A DNA stretch of 64,000 nucleotides. It comes from Candidatus Cloacimonadota bacterium. GTDB taxonomy: Bacteria; Muiribacteriota; UBA6191. Below the pieces are notes generated by a model that saw only the letters and a list, made by a program, of their open reading frames with translations, did not search any database and was not told the DNA's origin. Positions 57,438 through 64,000 of the stretch are shown here, in pieces. Numbering within the stretch: position 1 is the stretch's first letter; each line of letters opens with the position of its first letter. The translations under genes and the position numbers were made by a program. The DNA lies in the NCBI GenBank assembly GCA_023954715.1, contig JAGSHD010000001.1:236468-300467 (forward strand). The letters are read 5' to 3'.

Positions 57438-59090
57438 TTAGTTATATGTGCCTGTTTCTAATATTTTTGATCTAATTTCTTTTTTATTGATTTTTCCTAC
57501 GCTGGTTTTTGGAATAGCATCTACTATTTCGACGGACTCTGGTATAGCCCACTTATTTATAGTGCCATCTTCTACATATTGAGTTAAATGCTTTGAAATA
57601 TCCTCAGGCGATATTTTGGCTCCTGAAGTATGTAATAAAGCATAAGGTCTTTCTCCCCATTTTTCATCGGGTAAGCCCACAATAGCTACTTCTACAATTC
57701 CTGACATTTTACTGATCATGGACTCTAACTCCAAAGAAGATATCCACTCTCCACCAGTTTTTATAACATCTTTCAATCGATCTGTAATATTCAAAAACCC
57801 GTGTTGATCGAAATATCCGATATCTCCAGTATGCAACCAACCGCCATCCCAAAGCTTTTTACTAGCCTCTTCATTTTTATAATACGACTGAGTTAACCAA
57901 GGAGTTCTAACTACAATCTCACCCGTTTGATCACTTTGATTTGTATAGTCTTCGCCATTACCACCTAAAATTTTAATTTCAACTAAGCCTAGAGGTTTAC
58001 CTGCTCTCATACGAATAGGAAGTTGCTCTTCAACACTAAGCCCAAGTTGCTCTTGAGTCATGTTTGTAAGAGTTAAAACTGGACAAGTTTCAGATAAACC
58101 ATAACCAGTAAAGATATCAATACCCCTTTCCATGGCTTTATGAGCCAAACCATAAGGTAAGGCCGATCCTCCGATTACTACGCTCCATCCATTAAGATCA
58201 TAGTCTTCTGAATCTGGATGCTGTAAAAGCATGTTCATAATAGCAGGTACACAATGGGAAAAGGTGATTTTGTGTTTTTTTATGGACTCCAAAATTGATT
58301 TAGGATCGTATCGTCCAGGAAATATCTGTTTTGTTCCTAAAAATGTTGTAATGTAAGGTAATCCCCATGCGTGAACATGAAACATTGGTGTTAATGGTAT
58401 ATAAACTGAGTCAGATCGTAATCGTTGCTCAATTTGGATACCACCCATAGTAGCTATTATTGAAAAGGTATGTAAAACTAATTGTCTATGAGTAAAAGTA
58501 ACTCCCTTTGGATCCCCTGTAGTACCTGTTGTATAAAATAAAGTTGCTACACTTCTTTCATCAAAATCCGGAAACTCATATTGTTTTGACTGATCTTTTA
58601 AAAGTGTGTCATAGTCACCAGAATGATTTTTTATTGCACTGCAATCTGCACTGTCAGAAATACTGATTACATTTTCAACCGTTTCAAAACCAGCTTGGAT
58701 TCCTTGGATAATAGGTAAAAAGTCTTCTGATACAATCACTAATTTATCTTCAGCGTGATTCATAGTGTATAAGATTTGTTGTGGAGATAATCTTACATTA
58801 ACAGTATGTAATACTGCCCCAATCATTGGCACTGCAAAAAACAGTTCTAAATATCTATGAGTATCCCAATCTAAAACGGCAACCACATCACCCGCACCAA
58901 CCCCTGAATTAGTCAACATGTTAGCTACTTGAGCTACACGGTCATAAAACTCTAAATAAGTGTATGACCCTCCATCATGATGATGAATTGTTTGATTTGG
59001 AGCATTGTATCTAGCATTGTATATAATTTTTTTTATAAGAAGTGGATAATCGTAATTTTCGTCAGACTTAACGGCTAATTTTGTTTTCAT
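57438..59090 (-). CDS. AMP-dependent synthetase/ligase (fatty-acyl-CoA ligase)
   Basis: AMP-binding motif YTTGTTGDPKGV, plus GYGLSET and the C-terminal GKI lysine motif (SVGKINKKEIR). 550 aa. Confidence 0.8.
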   Translation of the reverse strand: MKTKLAVKSDENYDYPLLIKKIIYNARYNAPNQTIHHHDGGSYTYLEFYDRVAQVANMLTNSGVGAGDVVAVLDWDTHRYLELFFAVPMIGAVLHTVNVRLSPQQILYTMNHAEDKLVIVSEDFLPIIQGIQAGFETVENVISISDSADCSAIKNHSGDYDTLLKDQSKQYEFPDFDERSVATLFYTTGTTGDPKGVTFTHRQLVLHTFSIIATMGGIQIEQRLRSDSVYIPLTPMFHVHAWGLPYITTFLGTKQIFPGRYDPKSILESIKKHKITFSHCVPAIMNMLLQHPDSEDYDLNGWSVVIGGSALPYGLAHKAMERGIDIFTGYGLSETCPVLTLTNMTQEQLGLSVEEQLPIRMRAGKPLGLVEIKILGGNGEDYTNQSDQTGEIVVRTPWLTQSYYKNEEASKKLWDGGWLHTGDIGYFDQHGFLNITDRLKDVIKTGGEWISSLELESMISKMSGIVEVAIVGLPDEKWGERPYALLHTSGAKISPEDISKHLTQYVEDGTINKWAIPESVEIVDAIPKTSVGKINKKEIRSKILETGTYN

Positions 59091-59284
59091 TGTTACCTAT
59101 AAATTTAGAAGTGTTTACCATCAAAAGAAGTTTATTTGTCTCAAGCGATGGCATTATATAACAATTGATAGGTGTTTTGCTATTAAATCTGTGGGATATT
59201 TATCTAGGAATAGGCTTTAAAAACTAACAGCTTTCTTGTAAATTTGTCATGTAAACCTTTATCAATCTAAATAGCAGTCAAAAG

Positions 59285-61957
59285 TTATTTTAACGTTCTC
59301 TTTCCTTTAATGTTTGTAACAGGCTTTCCATTATGTTCTAAGGGAAAGTCATAAAATGTTAAAGAGTAATTAAAATTCTTTGCTAAAGGAAAATTTGAAA
59401 TGTATCCAGGCATTACACTTTGTAAGTAGTTAGGGATTTCACTACTTAAAGATTTATAATATTTAACTAGATCAAAAGTAATTGAACAGTTTTCATAAAC
59501 TACCACTTGATCATTAACTTTAGTAAATCCTCCTGGGTGGCTAAACTCATAATACAATCCTTCTTCACTAGGCTCAAATTGGCATTGTCTATTACCTACA
59601 CTAGATTTCATATTTATGTTGTTAACACTTATACGACCAAAAAACGAATCACTTATAACCTGAAAAGAAAAATTAATTGGTCTAGAGCTCTTTCCTAATT
59701 CAGAATTATAATTAAATTTTATTTGTAAGTTCCCACCCTCTTTAACTATATGGTCACTTACTATGTATTCCCCGCTTCGCTCTAAGCTATAGTCCAAAAT
59801 GTTCTCATTCAATTGCACCGAATGAACATACAACTTACTGACCCCTAATTGATCTACATTGAATTCAATAACGCTATTTTCCTCATTTATTTTGATTTCT
59901 TTAAACAAAAAGTGTAATAACTTATCATTTCTTATAAATATCGAATACTCTTGATTTTGGAGGCCTTCAAAAGTTAAAATCTCCGATTTATTTGCAGCAT
60001 TCAAACTTCCAAGATTATAAAAAACTCCCCCTCTTCTACCTGCATAAACATGGTAAGTTATATTTTGACTAGAAGAACTAGCTATAGATATCTTCACCGG
60101 CTTTACTTTAGTAATACTAGTAAAAGGAATAGTAATTTGATGAGCCTCATCTATACAAAAATCATCCTTCTCAATTTTAAAGATTTCGTATCCTAGATAG
60201 TTTATAGAGTATTCGAATCTCTTTCCTTTAGGGGCATTACTAAAAAGGATAGGTTCAATCCTACCATCAATCATCTCGATTTTTTTTCTCTTAAAAGCAG
60301 TATTACTCATATAAAAAAGCCATTTAAGCTCTTTAGTACCTGCCAAATCCGGCTCATCTCCAATCACATTAAACTCAATGCTACCATCGCACTTTTCATC
60401 AGAAAACCAATCTAAATTATAGTAACTCAAGTGGTCCGTTTGAAAAGTAATCTCAAAGTTATTTTTAGCGTTAGGCCCTACAGCCAAGCCAAAACCTTCT
60501 GATGTCCATTGACCTGTCTCTGGACTATACGACCAGATAGGAAACTGATCATTTGCTTTTAGTGGTACTCCTGTTTCTGGATTGATGGTAGAGGAAGGAA
60601 CTTCCATTTTTACTGAAATCGGCTGAGAAAAAGTTTTAACATGGGTCTTATTTTGATCAAGAATTTCAATGGCTGTAAATCCACCACTAATAAAATAACC
60701 TTGTTTCTTTTCGCCATCAACTTCAATATTTATATTGTTTAAGCCACCCGGAAAGGCATTTAAAGAGCTGGTCTCTGTAGGACTAAAGTAGGTTGCTTGT
60801 AAATTTAACTTCCCCGTTAAAACATTGCCCTCATTATCACTCATTTGTACACCGGCTGGTACCACAATCTCTACTTGCCCATTTACATTTGGACTACTAG
60901 TCACAAGCGTTACAGCTGAACCTAATATTCCAGATATTGGGATATCTAAACTCACTTTATTGGTTACAATACCACTTGCTTGAAAGTTTGAATTTAGATT
61001 TACCATAGGTACGTCTAATTGAATCTCTTGTGAAGTGGCAATGGTGAAAGAAGCACTTGTAGATAAGTAATCTTTATTTTCTTCAATGATTAATCTCAAG
61101 TTTTTCTTTTTAGAAAGTGATGCTGAGATACCTTTGATCCAAAACTCAAACTGACCATCTGTAGTTGTAAATTGGTTTCTTTGACTGTTAGCTGAGTCAT
61201 ACACTAAATTTTGATCATCACCTAGAACGCTGAGTTGTAAAACTCGTGTTGTAAACAAACCAATAGGAGCTAAACTCAAGGAGTCGATGATACTCCCTGA
61301 AACTTTAACATCAAAAGTAGAGTTAGTAGTTGCATCACTAGAGTCAGTAGATACAGGATCAATCATCAATGGATTATTGGTAGATATCAAATTTTCAGTA
61401 TTAACTGCCTTGATCCAATAACCCATACCAGGCTCTAAACTTAGTAATGAGCCTACCCCATCATTGGGACGTAAGCTCCTCCATGATTGGTCAAAACCCC
61501 ATATTTTAGAGATATTACTTAAACTATGGCTACTTTTGATAGATTTACTGTTAAAAATATCTGTTTTAAAGCTCTTTTCACTACTTTGATTAAATGAGGA
61601 TAAATGCCAGCCACTCTTTGTAATTGATAGCGGACTCATCTTTGAACTATCATCGATAGTTAACTGTGCTCCATTGGGACCAACCTGAATCCAAAACGCA
61701 CTATTTTTTTTTATTACCTGTAGATCATTTCCATCTATAAATGGATTATACTTCTTCCATTCCCCATCATAGGCCCACATTTTATAAAACACACCATCAA
61801 TATGTGTGCGAATATAACTCGATGCTTCTGAATCTACCTGTACCGGCATAGAGATTAAGTTCCAGCCAGCTGAAAGGTCTCTTGTCAGTGCATAGCTCAT
61901 TGAGCAGCAAATACAAGAAGAAGCGAATAGTAATATAAAGTAGAGCATTTTAATCAT
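59285..61957 (-). CDS. large exported protein (890 aa) with two N-terminal copies of a Trp-rich module; unknown function
   Basis: Signal peptide MIKMLYFILLFASSCICCSMSYA. Copies SAGWNLISMPVQ...VFYKMWAYDGEWKKY...AFWIQV and KSGWHLSSF...IWGFDQSWRSL...GYWIKAV. Confidence 0.6.
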   Translation of the reverse strand: MIKMLYFILLFASSCICCSMSYALTRDLSAGWNLISMPVQVDSEASSYIRTHIDGVFYKMWAYDGEWKKYNPFIDGNDLQVIKKNSAFWIQVGPNGAQLTIDDSSKMSPLSITKSGWHLSSFNQSSEKSFKTDIFNSKSIKSSHSLSNISKIWGFDQSWRSLRPNDGVGSLLSLEPGMGYWIKAVNTENLISTNNPLMIDPVSTDSSDATTNSTFDVKVSGSIIDSLSLAPIGLFTTRVLQLSVLGDDQNLVYDSANSQRNQFTTTDGQFEFWIKGISASLSKKKNLRLIIEENKDYLSTSASFTIATSQEIQLDVPMVNLNSNFQASGIVTNKVSLDIPISGILGSAVTLVTSSPNVNGQVEIVVPAGVQMSDNEGNVLTGKLNLQATYFSPTETSSLNAFPGGLNNINIEVDGEKKQGYFISGGFTAIEILDQNKTHVKTFSQPISVKMEVPSSTINPETGVPLKANDQFPIWSYSPETGQWTSEGFGLAVGPNAKNNFEITFQTDHLSYYNLDWFSDEKCDGSIEFNVIGDEPDLAGTKELKWLFYMSNTAFKRKKIEMIDGRIEPILFSNAPKGKRFEYSINYLGYEIFKIEKDDFCIDEAHQITIPFTSITKVKPVKISIASSSSQNITYHVYAGRRGGVFYNLGSLNAANKSEILTFEGLQNQEYSIFIRNDKLLHFLFKEIKINEENSVIEFNVDQLGVSKLYVHSVQLNENILDYSLERSGEYIVSDHIVKEGGNLQIKFNYNSELGKSSRPINFSFQVISDSFFGRISVNNINMKSSVGNRQCQFEPSEEGLYYEFSHPGGFTKVNDQVVVYENCSITFDLVKYYKSLSSEIPNYLQSVMPGYISNFPLAKNFNYSLTFYDFPLEHNGKPVTNIKGKRTLK

Positions 61958-62040
61958 AAAAATAATTGTATTTAAAGGGTTTATTCTCTATCAATACTAC
62001 CACAATACCCCAATTAAAGTAACCACCTGCAAATAAGACC

Positions 62041-62085
62041 TACAACAAAAAAGCCTCAAGCCAAACTAAATTGACTTGGGGCTTT
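62041..62085 (-). terminator. putative terminator downstream of the acyl-CoA dehydrogenase gene
   Basis: aagcctcaag...cttggggctt forms a 10-bp stem with one mismatch or wobble, flanked by A/T runs. Confidence 0.4.
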
Positions 62086-62118
62086 TAAAATCTATATCAA
62101 ATAATATATTTTATTGAA

Positions 62119-63987
62119 TTATTCAGAACCTAAAGGAGCTCTCTCAGCTTTACCAGCTTTGATGATTCCTTCTTCTAGCCACTCTAAGTTACCAGCGATT
62201 ACTGAGTCTGCCATCTTGTTAGATAGTTCATCATGATTGCTTGATAAATCCTTAAAGTAACCATTGATTCTTGTTCTTGCTAACTCACAAAAGTGGTTTG
62301 CTAGCTTATATGGCTCTTTGTTTGATTTGTCTTTGTCCATCATGCTTTTAGCATAAGCGCAAGTAACAGACATTACAAATAACTCGGTGCCAATATCAAC
62401 TAGTCGTCCAAGAATCATTTGCTTCTTCTCTAATTTATCTTGATACATTCCCATGTAATAGATAAATGATCTAGCTAACTTGTGAGATGCTTTCTCAACA
62501 AACTTATAATGTCTTGCTAATGGACCCATTTTTGAGTGTCCACCTACAAATAAAGGAGCGATATACTGCTTTGGCAACCAAGTAGAATAGAATCCTAAGA
62601 TTTTACCAACTGCACCCATTTTATCTCCAAAAGAAGAACTAGCTTTCATCATTGGTCCTGCAATCTGAATATGCGGATCCATTGCTTCTCTTGCTAAAAA
62701 TAGTTTCATAATTTCAGAAGAACCTTCTAAAATCATGTTAATTCTACAATCTCTCATAGCTCTTTCAACAGGAAATACATCTTCACCACGAGTTCTTAGT
62801 GAATCAGCTCTTTCATATCCTCTACCACCTCTAAATTGCATAGTAGTATCAATAACTTTCCAAGCAACTTCAGTTGAAAATAATTTAGCCATAGCAGCTT
62901 CAATACGAAGATCAGCTTCACCTTGATCTGTCCAGTGAGAAGTTGATTTAGTTACAGCATCTAAAGCAAAAGTCATACTAGCAATATATGCTAACTTTTG
63001 ACGACCTTCTTCGTGCTCACCAATTGGTCTTCCCCATTGCTCTCTCTCTTTACCCCATTTAGTACACATGTGTAAACACTGCTTAGCTAAACCAGCACTA
63101 GCTGCAGGTAATGTTAATCGACCAGCATTTAATGTTCTAAGTGCAAGAGCAAGTCCACGGCCTTCTGCCCATAGAATATCTGATTTATGAACCTTAACAT
63201 CAGTAAACTTCATTAATCCGTTATAGATTCCTCTAAGACCCATGAAATCACATCGGTGTAAAGTCTCAACACCAGGTGCTGTACCTTCTACAATAAAAGC
63301 TGTAATCTGCTTACGCTCTCTACCACGTACAATTTTTGGCTTAGTTTGAGTCATTACAACAATCAAGTCAGCAATAGGACCATTAGTACACCATAATTTA
63401 GTACCATTAATCAAAAAGTGCTCTCCATCATCCATTGGATCAGCAACAGTAGTCATTTTTGAAGGATCAGATCCTACGTCAGGCTCTGTTAATGCAAATG
63501 CAGAAATTGATTTAGATGCTAATCTAGGAAAATATTTTTTCTTTTGCTCCGGAGTACCAAACATCTTTAATGGGTTTGGAACACCAATCGATTGGTGAGC
63601 TGAAATCAAAGTAGCTGTCGCTCCATCATAAGATGCGATCAATTGAGCTGCTCTGTTATAGTTAACCTGAGAAAAACCAAGGCCACCATATTCTTTAGGT
63701 ACTTTCATTCCAAAAGCCCCTACTTCAAATAATTTAGCTCTGTACTCTTCAGGTAACTCACCTGTTCTATCTACTTCTTCAGGATCAACCGTTTTTAATA
63801 CAGCTTCAAGCTTTACTAAAAATTCGTCTCCAATTTTTTTATCTTCTTCATTTTGCTCAGGAAAAGGATATAGAAAAGACGTATCAAAGTCTCCCATAAA
63901 CAACTTACTAGCAAAACTAGGCTTAGTCCATTCAGTTTCTCTAGCTGACTCAGCAACTTCCATAGATGAAATTTGCTCTTCCGTCAT
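62119..63987 (-). CDS. acyl-CoA dehydrogenase, long (~620 aa) FadE/ACAD-like
   Basis: ACAD N-, middle and C-terminal domain patterns (e.g. LTEPDVGSDPS, GTKLWCTNG, RGGRGYE) plus a long C-terminal extension. Confidence 0.8.
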   Translation of the reverse strand: MTEEQISSMEVAESARETEWTKPSFASKLFMGDFDTSFLYPFPEQNEEDKKIGDEFLVKLEAVLKTVDPEEVDRTGELPEEYRAKLFEVGAFGMKVPKEYGGLGFSQVNYNRAAQLIASYDGATATLISAHQSIGVPNPLKMFGTPEQKKKYFPRLASKSISAFALTEPDVGSDPSKMTTVADPMDDGEHFLINGTKLWCTNGPIADLIVVMTQTKPKIVRGRERKQITAFIVEGTAPGVETLHRCDFMGLRGIYNGLMKFTDVKVHKSDILWAEGRGLALALRTLNAGRLTLPAASAGLAKQCLHMCTKWGKEREQWGRPIGEHEEGRQKLAYIASMTFALDAVTKSTSHWTDQGEADLRIEAAMAKLFSTEVAWKVIDTTMQFRGGRGYERADSLRTRGEDVFPVERAMRDCRINMILEGSSEIMKLFLAREAMDPHIQIAGPMMKASSSFGDKMGAVGKILGFYSTWLPKQYIAPLFVGGHSKMGPLARHYKFVEKASHKLARSFIYYMGMYQDKLEKKQMILGRLVDIGTELFVMSVTCAYAKSMMDKDKSNKEPYKLANHFCELARTRINGYFKDLSSNHDELSNKMADSVIAGNLEWLEEGIIKAGKAERAPLGSE

Positions 63988-64000
63988 TTTACTAGTATCC

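Noticed and set aside
1-64000. CRISPR arrays, tRNA/rRNA genes, IS elements, integrases or phage genes.
   Set aside because: No regularly spaced direct repeats were found. No cloverleaf-like GC-rich segments appear in any intergenic region (7000-7300, 7940-8670, 10617-10912, 13191-13417, 39900-40320, 49452-49807, 51880-52298). No transposase or recombinase motifs occur in any ORF.

Overview
This is an AT-rich (roughly mid-30s % GC by eye), densely coding bacterial chromosome segment from a Gram-negative (diderm) organism. Markers for that call are LpxK, outer-membrane beta-barrels, a type IV pilus PilT ATPase, a sigma-54 enhancer-binding protein and a proteobacterial-type DapD. The overall flavour is that of a Bdellovibrio-like or other Gracilicutes lineage: many large exported proteins, PilT, the futalosine menaquinone route and a beta-oxidation cluster. 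I cannot establish taxonomy from sequence alone.

Recognisable core content:
- pta.
- A sigma54-EBP / NUDIX / amidohydrolase / receiver operon.
- An NhaC antiporter.
- A lysine-riboswitch-controlled lysC-dapB-dapA-dapD-lysA operon, ending in an AstE/AspA-family deacylase that may replace DapE.
- lpxK.
- A 2-Cys peroxiredoxin.
- Lysine 2,3-aminomutase (kamA).
- Futalosine-pathway genes (MqnB-like hydrolase and an MqnA/MqnD-family protein).
- An MthK-like K+ channel cotranscribed with a tandem-FGE(SUMF1)-domain protein.
- An RlmI-like methyltransferase.
- A DUF1800/DUF1501 pair.
- A beta-oxidation cluster: SDR dienoyl-CoA-reductase-like, fatty-acyl-CoA ligase and a large acyl-CoA dehydrogenase.

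Accessory or unusual content:
- A small island bounded by long AT-rich spacers, encoding an ANT(3'')/ANT(9)-like nucleotidyltransferase, a glycine-zipper membrane protein and a P-loop-kinase-NUDIX fusion.
- A hybrid sensor kinase broken by a single in-frame TGA.
- A translationally coupled pair of a secreted coiled-coil (Skp-like?) protein and a 2106-aa giant exported protein, followed by a radical-SAM enzyme.
- A PilT carrying a Gln/Pro-rich N-terminal extension, coupled to a cNMP-binding protein.
- An SLH-domain + coiled-coil + beta-barrel outer-membrane protein (OmpM/Slp-like).
- A shared Trp-rich N-terminal module in two large exported proteins.
- Several clean rho-independent terminators.

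I found no CRISPR array, tRNA, rRNA, or transposase/integrase.
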